Assembly: GCF_009834535.1 (NCBI RefSeq)
Contig: NC_045696.1
Span: 62,560,001 to 62,624,000 of the forward strand
Reading direction: 5' to 3'
DNA from: Camelus ferus
Lineage: Eukaryota
Length of the DNA: 64,000 bases
The notes beneath the pieces are model-generated. The model worked only from the letters and a program-made list of their open reading frames with translations. It was not told the origin of the DNA and did not search any database. This document shows positions 13,839-25,265 of this stretch, piece after piece; positions within the stretch are counted from its first letter, which is position 1, and each line of letters starts with the position of its first letter. The position numbers and the translations under genes were made by a program.

Positions 13839-14175
13839 CTAGGGGAAGGGCAGACTCTTTTTTGAAGGGCCAGGTAGTAAATATGTTAGGTTTTGTGGGC
13901 CATATGGTCTGTGTTGCAACTACTCAGCTGTGCTGTTGTAATGAGAAAGCAGCCACAGATATGTAAATGAATGGCAGGACTGTGTTCCAATAAAACTTTT
14001 TTTATGAACATGGAAATTTGAATTTTATTATATAATTTTCACATGACACGAATTTCATGTCTTTTCATTTTCTTTCAACCATTTAAAAATACAGAAACTA
14101 TTATTAGCTCATAGGCCGTCTGAAAACAGGTGGTGGGGCTGAATATAGTTTCCAGATCACAGTTTGTTCACCTTG
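13839..14175. mobile_element. MER58B-like hAT-Charlie DNA transposon, within an old L1 fragment
   Basis: aagggccaggtagtaaatatgttaggttttgtgggccatatggtctgtgttgcaactactcagct...ctgtgttccaataaaactt; ~340 bp. Confidence 0.8.
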
Positions 14176-14254
14176 AGTATATCATAAATCAACTTCACCC
14201 ATTAATGGGTTTTTAAGTAATTTTCCTGTTTTTGGCATAAAAAATAGTAGTATA

Positions 14255-14370
14255 CAGAGAAAAAATGTGACAATGAATATATATATGCTCATGTATAACT
14301 GAAAAACTGTGCTCTACGCTGGAATTTGACACAACATTGTAAAATGATTATAAATCAATAAAAAAATTTA
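14255..14370 (+). mobile_element. Very short, relatively young L1 3' end
   Basis: aatgtgacaatgaatat..atgtataactgaaaaactgtgctctac..acaacattgtaaaatga + A-tail; TSD AAAAAATAGTA(G/T)TATA at 14239 and 14371. Confidence 0.82.
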
Positions 14371-15870
14371 AAAAAATAGTATTATAGTGATCATTCTAAT
14401 GAATAATATGGTTATTTCCTTAGGATAGAGTAAGACAAGAGATTAGTCAAAAGGTTTAAGCATTTATTAAGATTTCTAAAAAATACTGTCAAATTTCAAG
14501 TGTTACACAAAATTTCCACAAATAGTGTGTAAGAATGAACATTTTTCCCACATTGTACCAACCCTGGGTATTAATTTTCCCTACTCTACCCACAATTTGG
14601 TAGATAGAAAATGCCATATTACTGTTTAGTTTTAGATTTCTTTAATACAGGTGAGTATGAACATTTTTTTCCCCTTTTCTTTTTCTTGGCTGGTTGTGTT
14701 CTCTATGTTCTTTGTCTCTTTTTCTGTTGGAATCTTCATGTTTTTCATATTGATTTATAACATCTCTTGTATATTAAGACTATTAGCTCTTTGTCATGTG
14801 TTTTTTTTTTTTTTCTAGTTTATCATTTATCTTTTAATATGCTTATAATGCCTTGGGATTTTTTACATTTTTATGTAATTGTAGCTATTAATCTCTTCTC
14901 TTATTTACATAATTAGTATTTTTAAAATCGTATTCACAAAGTTGTACAACTGCTGTTATCTAATTCTAGAATAATCTTTTAGTGAGCTTTGTCCTTTTGT
15001 CTGAGAGTTTTATTTTATTGGTTTTTCTCTTCCAAAATTTTTTCTTTTGAAGGATTCTTAAGAATTAAGGACCTTATGACCTATTTTAGATTTCAGAGAA
15101 TTAAATAGATGTCTCTTCTTGCTAAAAATAACTTAGATGTTTAGTGGATTCAGTATAGCGATTGGATTATTTAATTCCTTCTCATGTAAAAACTTAGCTA
15201 AAAAATAAGAAATGATTTTTCTCTCATGAATAAGTGAAATACAGGAAAACTTGAAAAAAATCTTCACCTATTCATGACATTTTTGGAAGGAATATAACAA
15301 ACCCTCTGTATTGGCAAAATCTGTTGCCTCATTTCATTTTGGTATCTTAGAATAAGAATGAGCATTGCCTCTACTTTGGGTTGTGCGTAGTGATCTAGCA
15401 GGTTGTGAAATGTTTGTGATTGTTTTGTTTTGAGAGCTTTATATTTCCCCTTCTGATCTTTTAATGTTTTATTTGTAATTTAAGGTTTTGCCAGTGAGTT
15501 TGGTTGAAAGACAGAGATATTTTATAATGTCCCTAGGAAGGTGGTGAACCTATTGAAAACTTGCTTCTTTGAATTATTAAAATATAAATTTTGATCATCT
15601 GGCTACACTGTAAACAACTAAAATTTGAGACATTTAATTTTAAATCAATTGGAAACTTCTTTTAATTAAATTTTTCTCATATTTGCAGATATTTCTGAAA
15701 TACTCTTTTAAGAAAAATGATGCAGTTTAATTTTAAATAGGTTTGATATTTTGGGCTCTTATGGAGTAATTTTTAAACTATAGTTAAGATAAGAATTTTT
15801 TTTAAATTTCAGAATGTTTATCTAATGAATGATTTTAAAATGCTAACTTTTTTTTCCCCCCTCATGTTAG

Positions 15871-15966
15871 ATGTTATCCTTTATGTATGCCCATTTGGCC
15901 TTCTTTCATCAAGGATATGATCTGTTTAGTGAACTTGGGCCCTACATGAAGGATCTTGGTGCCCAG
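15871..15966 (+). CDS. ACAP2: ACAP2 exon 8 (96 nt): MLSFMYAHLAFFHQGYDLFSELGPYMKDLGAQ
   Basis: atgttag|ATG...GCCCAG|gtaatg. Confidence 0.97.
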
Positions 15967-16015
15967 GTAATGTACTGTACTTCGTGATTTTGTGTTATAT
16001 ACCGATATCTGAATT

Positions 16016-17190
16016 TTTTTTAAGTTGAGATTTGCCTGACGTATAACATTAGTTTCAGGTGCACAACATAATGATTCAGCATATATATATATTGCAAAAT
16101 GATCACCACAGTAGTCCAGTTAACATTCATCATTCCACAGTTATAAATTTTTTTCTTCTAATGAGAACTTTTAAGATCTACTCTTTAAACAATTTTCAAA
16201 TATACAATACAGTATTATTAACTCTAGGCATCATGCTACACCCCCCCCAGGACTTGTTTATTTTATGACTGGAAGTTCTGTACCTTTTTATACCATTTTA
16301 CCCACTCCCCAGCCCCCACCACTGGCAACCTCCAGTCTGTTCTGTGAGTTCTTTTTTTTTTTTTTTTTTTTTCAGATTCCACGTATCATTGAGATCATAC
16401 AATAGTTGTCTTTCTCTGTCTGACTTATATTGCTTAGTTTAATGCCCTCAGGGTCCACCTATGTTGTCGCAAAAGGCAGGATTTCCTTTTTAAAATGGCT
16501 GAATAATATTTTATGTGTGTGTGGATTTTTAATCCATTTATCTATTGATGGACGCTTAGGTTATTTTCATATCTTGGCTAAATAATGCTGCAGTGAGCAT
16601 GGGGGTGCAGATATCTTTTCAAGTTAGTGTCTTTAATTCCTTCAGATAAATACCTAGAAGTGGAATTGTTGGATATGGCAGTTCTATTTTTGATTTTTTG
16701 AAGAACCTCCATACTGTTTTCATAGTGGCTGCACCAATTTCATTCTCACCAGCAGTGTGCAAGAGTTCCCTTTTCTCCACATCCTCAACACTCATTTCTT
16801 GTCTTTTTGATGACAGCGATTCTAATAGGTGTGAGGCAACAGACAGCTCATTGTGGTTTTGATTTACATTTCCCTCATGATTAGTAACATTGAGTACCTT
16901 TGACCACCTATTGGCCATCTGTGTCTTCAGTACAAAAATCTCTTCAGATTCTCAGCCCATTGTTTAATTGGATTTTTTTTTTTTGGTGGGGGGTGGTGCT
17001 ACTGAGGTGTCTTGAATTATTTATGTATTTTGGATATTAACCCCTTATCAAATACATGATTTGAAAATATTTTCTGCCATTTGGCAGGTTGTCCTTTCTT
17101 TTTGTTGATAATTTTCTTTGCTATACAGAAGCTTTTCAGTTTGATGTAGTCTGACTTATTTATTTATGCTTTTGTTACCTTTGTTCCAGT
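16016..17190 (-). mobile_element. L1 3' region (ORF2 C-terminus and 3'UTR)
   Basis: Minus-strand ORF with [38 protein letters not shown]; typical L1 3'UTR motifs. Confidence 0.9.
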
Positions 17191-18064
17191 GTCTGTATTT
17201 CTAAAGAAATTTAGCATATTGGGAAATTTGACATTTCATTTATTTAATGAAGAAGTCTGGTGCTACAGAAGATTTATGTATAGGTTAAATGTGTAACAAA
17301 GATTAAAGGAAAGTTATAGATAGTATATGAGGCTTAAAGGATAAGTTATAGATAGTATAGGAGGATACTGAAAAGAAGAATTTAAAAGAATTTAATTTAA
17401 TTTAAAAAGAATTTGAAAGTGTTTGTTTTACAGTATACATAGCTGGATTTATTTTTTTGTTTTTTATATTTGGATAACTGAGTTTCTGTCCTAATTGGTT
17501 TTTCATTTGAGTTAAAGCTTTTTTTAAATTTTTTAAAAACTTGCATTTTGCTATTTTGAATAAAAAATTTTAGAATCTTAAGATTGTAGAACTCTTGGGA
17601 ACTTTTTCATTTTATACATGCACATGCATGAATTACGTATAAGAATCATATTGAAATTTTATCATGTTCAGATTATTTTTGAAATCTAAGTAAGCAGAAC
17701 TTTGTATTCAATCTGTTCTCCAATATTCTTTTTTGGTTGATGATGAGCTTTCTGGATTTAATAATATCAATTTTTAGGTGATTTTCTTTCCCAAATTGTT
17801 TCAGGTTACATTTTGAGGAGAGGGAATTAAGGATGAAAAAAAAAGTTTAGGTAAATGGGAAAAAGATAAGAATAGAATGAGAATTGCATTTATTGACCAA
17901 AAATAAATGTGGTACGTGTGTGTGTGTGTTGGGATGGTGTGGGAGAGGGATGTTATGCCGTGAATTACAGAGATGCTCTTCCCTGCCTCTACTGAACTTA
18001 ATCTATTGGAAGAAAATAACAAGTATTAATTAATCTCTGTGCTAAGTATCCTTTCTGGGTGTAT

Positions 18065-18502
18065 AAATTGAGATTAGATTTATTTGCATGTGATAGAAAA
18101 CCAGAAATAGTAGGAGCTTCAACAAGATAGAAATTTATTTCTTCTTTGTAAAATCATAGGCCTGGTATGATGGTCACTTAATCTGCAAGGACCAAGGCTT
18201 ATTATAGCTTTTGATTCTACCTGATGGTTCAAAGTGGCTTATCACGCTTTAGCCATCATACCCAAATTCCAGCCAACTGGAAGGAGGAAAGGGGAAAGAT
18301 TCATTCCCTCTTTTTAAGGATATTTCCTGGAAATTGTGTATGCCACTTCTGTGTATGTCTCAATGTCACACTGGTTGCAAGGGAAGCTGAGAAATATAGT
18401 CTTAAATCAGGTAACCATGTTACCTACTAGAATTTGGGGGTTCTATTGTTAAGAAGGAAGAAGAGAATGGATATTGGGGGACAGCTAACTGTCTCTACCG
18501 CA
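18065..18502. mobile_element. Old MLT1 (I/J-like) LTR within L2 remnants
   Basis: ggagcttcaacaagatagaaatttatttc, tgcaagggaagctgagaaatatagtc, gaagagaatggatattgggggacagcta. Confidence 0.65.
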
Positions 18503-18949
18503 TATTGGAGTGTCAGAGTGTTATTGGAACATATAGACAGGACATCTAACCCAGACTTGGGAAGAAGGGAAGACCTTTCCTGGCTCTAGGCACTCCTTAC
18601 ATTTTATCACACTTTAGGTCATACCCTTATCTTACATTAAATATAATTTATCAAAAAATGCATTGGTTTGTAATTGACTAGTTTCAATAATTGTATGTTT
18701 TGAGAATTTTTGTGTTGTGTGTATGTGTGGCCAATATAGACTAACTTATTATCAGTAAAAAGTAAAATACCAGAGTTTACAAATAACTGTATCACACACA
18801 AGTTATCATAGCAGCTGACATTTGTTAATACCAGTTTTGTACCTTTTACCCTCCCAGGTCTCAAGTAATTCTGCAGGTCTTTGAAAATCAGCACCTAAAC
18901 CCCAATGCCTATAGTCCCTTGGGGGTAATATGGCCTGGTTGGAAGTGGC

Positions 18950-19870
18950 CAGTTAGGATATTCTTTCAGTAATTCAGTTATGAGATAACGGCATCTGGAA
19001 CTATTGTCATGACGGTAGGGGTGGAGATAAATAGAAAGACTTGAAGAATATTTAATATATAGCCTATTAGAGGGTGGAGGGACATGATGAGTTCAGGTTT
19101 AAATGTGTTGATTTTTGAGGCTAGGATATCTAAGTGGATACATCTAGAGCTCAAGAGAAAGACTAAAGGAGTCAATAGCATATAATTGCTAATTGCAGCT
19201 ACAAGAGTGGGTTTACCAACCCAAGGAGAGTTAATAGGTATCTCAAAATCTATGGAGCTATTTAAAAAAAAAATAAATGTCCAAACACCATGCCTAATAA
19301 TTTTGATTTTGTAAGTTAAGATCAAGGTCCGCTAGCATGGAGTAAGAAGAGAATCTGGCTTGGGACAGAGCCCTGAGAATGACTTACTTTTAAGAGATGG
19401 CTAGGTAAGAGGAACTCCATGAGAACATAGATAAGAGAGGATTTGGAAAACCTAGATGCTGTGACAGCACAGGGCAAGGAAAGATTGTCTCAAAAAGATG
19501 GGGGTACTTGTCTGTACAAATGCTGGAAAAGAAGGTCAAATAAACCTAGCACTGAGAACTACCTCTTGGGTTTAGCAGCAAGAAGGTTATTTGTTATCTC
19601 TGTGAGAGTTGAGGGTCCATGAGCTTAAAGTTAAATTACAGTGGGTAGATGAATATGAAATGGGCAAGTGGAGATCAGGGAAAATTTTTTAAGAAGTTGT
19701 GTTGTGAAGGAAAAGGAGAAGGTAGATAGCTAGAGAGGAATATGGGTTGGAGGAAGGTTTTATTTAAGGCTTATTTATTAAATTTGCACAAATATATAAG
19801 CAGATGGGAATGGGAGAAGTTAAAGAGCAGAGGAGAAATGGTGATACCTGAGATGGCAGAAGTGGAAGAG
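18950..19870 (-). mobile_element. LINE-2 fragment (bounds approximate)
   Basis: gatgagttcaggtttaaatgtgttga, tttagcagcaagaaggttatt, aagaagttgtgttgtgaagg. Confidence 0.6.
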
Positions 19871-20597
19871 GTTCAGAACACAGGCAGAGAATTGGGGGCA
19901 CCTGGCTGGTTATAGGAGCCTGTTAAACTCATGATGTCCAGCACTGATAGAAACTTGGGACACAGCCTTTGTATCTCCCCAACTTGTATGCCCTCCAACA
20001 CTCCACCATGTTGAAAGAGGTATTTTTCTTTATACTTCTTCTCCAGCAGGGAGAGGCATTTTTCCCCTTTCTGCTGCAAAGCAGTGGGGTGGGATGCGGC
20101 AGAGAAATTTGTTACCAATTTGACAAGCAGAAACCATCATTTGCATTGTAGTACTGGTATGGAAGGGACATGCATGCAAACTTATAAACATTAATTTGAA
20201 TCTTGGGAGCTGCCTTCTACTACACTTAGTCTGAATGAATGAATAATATTTATATGCCATTCAATTAAAGGCTGTAAACCATGGTATAATGCTTATTCCA
20301 CTCATTCAGTATAAGAAACTGTTGGAGGACTAACATTTTCCTAGTACAGCATTACCCTTTAAATCAATGTGACATGTCTACTAAGGTATGTATGAATTAA
20401 ATCCTAAAGTGGAGTAGTATAGCCGCCATCTAAATCAAGTATTTTATAATAGTGATAGTTCTGTTTCAGTGTGTGGTTTTTTTTTGGGGGGGGGGGTTCT
20501 TTATTACTGTTCAGTGATATTAAGATTCTGTGGCCAGAATTAGTCTCCTGTAGAAAAAAACAAAATTTGTGGTAGTGAATAAAGGATCATATCGTCT

Positions 20598-20800
20598 TAT
20601 TTTTTATTGAAGTCTAGTTGATTTACAGTGTTATTCTCATGTGTACAGCAAAACGATTCAGTTTTACATATATCTTTTTTCAGATTCTTTTTCATTACAG
20701 CTTATTACAAGAAATTGAATATAATTATTTATGCTATTCAAGAGGTCCTTGCTGTTTATCTATTTTATATGTAGTAATGTGTATCTATTAATCCCAAACT
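20598..20800 (-). mobile_element. L1 3' end fragment
   Basis: ttttattgaagtctagttgatttacagtg...ggtccttgctgtttatctattttatat..aatcccaaact; similar to the 3017 copy. Confidence 0.8.
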
Positions 20801-21753
20801 TACATATTATTTTAAGAAGGCTTTTTTCAATTTAGTTTTTAAAGGAGATCAACTGAAACATTTGGACAGTAATACTTTGTCTTTCTCCATATTCTGTTGA
20901 CATTTACATTTTTATTTACTCATTGTTCAGTTAGAGATGATGCGTGTTCAAAGATGAGATGACAGTACATCACAGTCTAGAAGAGTAGACCCATGTAATG
21001 GAGTGTTTTGTAACCCAATTCTCTGTTACTTCAGCAAAGAGGAATTCAAGAAGCCAGTGCTTTTGTCATAATACTGGAAATCAAATAATTATCTTCTGAT
21101 GGAAAGGAACGAAAAAGAAATGGATTTTATAAGTTTTTAAATTTTTTAAAAAGAACCTTAAAATTGTGTGATTTTATACCCTGATCTAATGAATGATTAC
21201 TATTGAATTGTTATTACTAATTTATTTAGCTTCCTCTATTATCTGCTGAATAATTTTTTCTACCTTTGAGATTTGATTATAACATTAGCAAGTCAACTTG
21301 AAAACATAAAGCATCTTGAGTGATTGGACGTGTATGTTAAGTTGAACTTGTGACAGCTGGCACACACTAGCTTGGCTGCTACTTTTTCTGTTTGGGGAAA
21401 AAAATCACCAGTATATCTTCTTTCTGCCCTTGATTGTGTCTACCAGAATTGCTGAGTGGGTCAGCAGGCAACTTAAGCTAGAGTCATTCTCTTTATTCCT
21501 GGAGTGAACATGTTATTGCTGTTGGGTCCTTGATAAATTTGCTTATCACCATAGCTGTTCTTAGAAACTTTTTCCCTAGAGGAGTTAAAGACCTTCTCAA
21601 AGAAGATATGATACTAGAAAAAAATTCCACTTTAAATTTGTAGCCAAAATGCCTTTTGAAGTTAACTTAAATTGACTGACTTATTGGGAATATGATATAA
21701 AAAAATAATCTTTCTTGAACTGTTAAGCCTAATTTTCTCCTTTTCTCCTAAAG

Positions 21754-21828
21754 TTGGATCGACTGGTTGTGGATGCAGCAAAGGAGAAAAGAGAGATGGA
21801 GCAAAAGCATTCCACCATTCAACAAAAG
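21754..21828 (+). CDS. ACAP2: ACAP2 exon 9 (75 nt): LDRLVVDAAKEKREMEQKHSTIQQK
   Basis: ctcctaaag|TTG...AAG|gtactg. Confidence 0.96.
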
Positions 21829-22173
21829 GTACTGGAGGAAAAAAGTTAAAGAAAATTAATTCCCATTTTACACAATTATTTGATTATTGGTTTCAGCAAG
21901 ATGCTGTTGTGTCAGAACAAATCCTATGAGTTACTTTAATAATTAAATTGTGTAAATAAATTCCTCCTTTTTTGGTGAAAAGTAAAATATTTTTCAGATG
22001 TTCAGGTATGTATTTTGTTATTCTTTTACATCAAAATATTTGAAAGCCACAGTTTTGAACCAGTTTATTAAAACGTCAGTCTTGTGGGGCCTAAACTGAT
22101 TGAAAAGGAGCCTTAGTTAGAGTTTAAAACACTATTTATAGTTTCATTTAGGGTATCACCAACGCCTGTAAAA

Positions 22174-22179
22174 GTGTGC

Positions 22180-22243
<64 letters not shown>
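22174..22243. repeat. Compound (TG)n(GA)n microsatellite
   Basis: Directly visible. Confidence 0.98.
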
Positions 22244-22245
<2 letters not shown>

Positions 22246-22655
22246 TGGGTGGAGAGAGAGAGAATGGGGGGATGGGGCATGGAGGTGGGCAGGGGTTAGA
22301 GAACACCTTAGCCACCTTAGCATCTATGTATGTGTTTGGTACTAGGAATTTTCAGCTGCAGTTACTCTAGGACAGTGCTTTTTTTCTCAAGTGATGCTGA
22401 AATTCCACTTGCATTTCTTGCTAATTTGTCTAAGCATAGCTAAACTAATATTTGGAAAATATGTATTTAAAAGTAAAAATTTAAATGTGATATCAGGTTT
22501 TATTTCTGTGTGCTAAAAGCTTTGAATATGGTATACCTGGAACTCAATCTAGTAATAGGTTGTATAGTCTTTGATACATTTTTTGTGTAGTAATCTGAAA
22601 AGGAGAGCACTGGAGGTTGAATGTAATAATGCAAGTATGTAGCAAGGTGCCTTCT

Positions 22656-22821
22656 ATACCAACCTGACAGAGGAGATACCATGATCATGAAGATGGTTTT
22701 CCCAGGGTAAGGCTTATCCATCTCACTTCTGCGATTTCCCCAAATGTGGGAAACTTGACTGCACATTTTTTGATAGTGGAGGACTGTGATCACATTTTCC
22801 CCTAAAAAGAAAAAAAAAAAA
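22656..22821 (+). pseudogene. U1 snRNA processed pseudogene with A-rich tail
   Basis: ATACCAACCTGACAGAGGAGATACCATGATCATGAAGATGGTTTTCCCAGGG...CTGCGATTTCCCCAAATGTGGGAAACTTGACTGCA...TTTCCCCT + A-tail matches recalled U1; ~15-nt internal deletion. Confidence 0.93.
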
Positions 22822-23449
22822 TTCCTTCTAGCATTGCTCTAAGAAATCTATTTCCTTGGTATTGGGCAGTCAAATCAATTTTTATTATGGTTTATTTAGA
22901 ATTTAATATACCAGTAAGCTAGATCTGACGTAGAAGATGTCAGTGGAAAAAGATGGAAGTGAAATCAGTAATAAAAGTAAGGAAGTTTTTATTGGTGATG
23001 AGTTGTTAATACTCAAAGAGAAACATTTTAAAAAGGGGAAGATTTTTCTGTCAGTCTGTGTTTAATTAGTTACTTCTAGATATAGTCAGCCAGGTAAGAC
23101 TACCTCCATGTTTTGTTTAAAGTTAGAATCACTTTTGGTTGGATAACTTGTTTTAATGACATCACCATGAAAATATTTTTTTAAATTGGGACCAATCATT
23201 TCTAATTAAAATGAGTGATCATGATATTAGAAGCATGTGACTATTTGTTTAAACTGAATTATTTAATGAATACTATGCATATTTTAATATCTTTCCCTGT
23301 TATATACACAGCTCAGTGTTGTACCGAATATTCAAAAGTAGGAAATTATTAAATCTGATTAATTTATTTTATTTTAGATAATTCCTTTAAGAGAGTAATG
23401 CTGTTTTTGCTCATACTTACCTTTTTTCTGCCCTTAAATGCTGACACAG

Positions 23450-23461
23450 GCTGCATTACAG
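23450..23461 (+). CDS. ACAP2: Putative alternative 12-nt microexon (AALQ) between exons 9 and 10
   Basis: Pyrimidine tract, then aaatgctgacacag|GCTGCATTACAG|gtaaaa; phase 0/0; positionally equivalent to recalled ACAP3 QQR-TLLQ-DFS. Confidence 0.7.
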
Positions 23462-23589
23462 GTAAAAAAAAAAAAAAGAAAAAGGAAAAGAAAAAGAAAA
23501 AGATGCAGTCAACTAAAAATTAAGAAAATGTATGTCTAATGTAATTATTTAGATTTTTTTTCAAGAATTGAAATTGATCAATTGAAGAA

Positions 23590-25265
23590 ACAATGATGCT
23601 GTGCACATTCATGTATATGCCTTTTGGATATGTGCACACATTTCTCATGGATTTATATCTACTGGTAAAATTGCTTGGTCAAAGAGTGTATGCATGTTTG
23701 TTTTAGTAGATAATGCTAAATTATTTTTCAACATGTTATACCATTCCCAGAAAGCAGTATTGTGTGAGAGTTCCCATTGCTTCTTGCCACCTCATTGTAC
23801 TGTGAGAGTTTTTAATTTTTTGCTGATTTGAGTGGGTAGTTATTGATCTCTCATTCTAGTTTTAATTTATGGTGTTAGTCACTAATGAGCTCAAATACCT
23901 TCCCCTATATCTGTTGGTCATTTGGATATCCTATTTGTTAAATAGCTGTTAGTCTTTCTCCCATTTTCACATCATGTTGCCTAATTAACTATTGATCAAA
24001 TCTTCAGATCTTCCCGATATAAGCTCCCTTTTGGGGTATATGTGCTTTTAATTTTCATGTAGTTCTTAAAATTTCTTCTCTCTTTGGCACTTTTTGTGTC
24101 CTTCCCAACTTAAGATCACAAAGATATATTTCCTGTATAATCCTCTAAGTGTTTATAGATTTGCCTTTTATGTCTAGATCTTTAATCAATCTGTAATTGG
24201 TTTTTTGTATAGTATGAGGTAGAGATCCGGTTTCCTTTTATTTTCACATTGGTAGCTAGATTATCTAGAATCAGTTACTAAAAAGTTTGTTCTTTCCCTG
24301 TTGCTCACTGTTACATTTCCGTGCATGTGAGGTCTATTGCAGGCTCTATTCTATTTCATTGGTCATTTTTATTATGCCAATACTATGATATCGTAATTAT
24401 TTTAGCTTTATAGCATATCTTGATATCTGACAAAACAAAACCTTCTACCTTCTCTTCTTGAAAAGTGAATTGCCAAAGTTCTGCATTTCCGTATGTATAA
24501 ACTTCAGGGATAGCTTTTCAGTTTGCATAAAAATAACTTTTGATTGGGCTTTTGATTGGGATTGCATTGGATCTGTGAATCAATTTGGGGAAGAATTGAT
24601 ATCTTTATTTTATAATACCGTCTGATCCGTGAGTTTGAAATATTTATTCATTTATTTAAGTTTTCTTTAATGTCCTTCATAAAGCTTGATAAGTTTCATG
24701 TACATCTTTTGTTAGATTCATTTCTAAATACTTGTATTGCAAATGTTATCATGTTATCTTAAAATTTTTTTCTGTTTACTTTCCTTGTATATTAGAATAA
24801 AATTTGATTTTTCTGCATTGATTTTGTTACCACTAGTCTTTTTTTTTTTTTTAATTTACTATTGTGCCTAAGAGATTAAAAAAATTTTTTTTTCTGAGTG
24901 GGGAAGTAATTAGGTTTATTTATTTATGTACTTAACTTACTTACTTAATGGAGGTCCTGGGGATTGAGCCCAGGACCTCATGCATGATAAGCAGGCACTC
25001 TACCAGTTGAACTATTCCCTTCCCACCATGTGACCATTAGTCTTGTTAAGCTCTTTTTAATACTAATTTATCTCTGGACTCTTTTGGATGTTATGTGTGT
25101 AAAGTCACATCAGCTATAATATAAATAGTAATAGTTCGGTTATTCCTTTCCAATCCTTTACTTTTTGTTTGTTATCTTGCTGGCTAGGGCTTCCAAAATA
25201 ATCTTAAATCAAAGTGGTAATAGTAGTCCTTCTTATCTTGCTTACAATTTCAAAAGGAAAAGCTA
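23590..25265 (-). mobile_element. Ancient L1M fragment, interrupted by a SINE (bounds approximate)
   Basis: ttttgattgggattgcattggatctgtgaatcaatttggggaagaattgatatcttta and related L1 ORF2 antisense motifs. Confidence 0.75.
24885..25024 (-). mobile_element. Vic-1-like camelid tRNA-derived SINE
   Basis: Reverse complement shows A-box/B-box tRNA-like head (..GAGGTCCTGGGCTCAATCCCCAG), (AAAT)n and AAACCTAATTAC tail, shared with the other four copies. Confidence 0.85.

Noticed and set aside
17311..17363. Short tandem duplication of AAGTTATAGATAGTATA
   Set aside because: Only two copies, a local slippage event; not an array or CRISPR-like structure.
21998..22005. ttttcag|ATGTTCAG|gtatgt, 8-nt pseudo-microexon
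   Set aside because: Not a multiple of 3, short interrupted pyrimidine tract, no paralogue support.
22266..22295. G-run cluster that could form a G-quadruplex
   Set aside because: It is the low-complexity flank of a microsatellite, with no supporting evidence of function.
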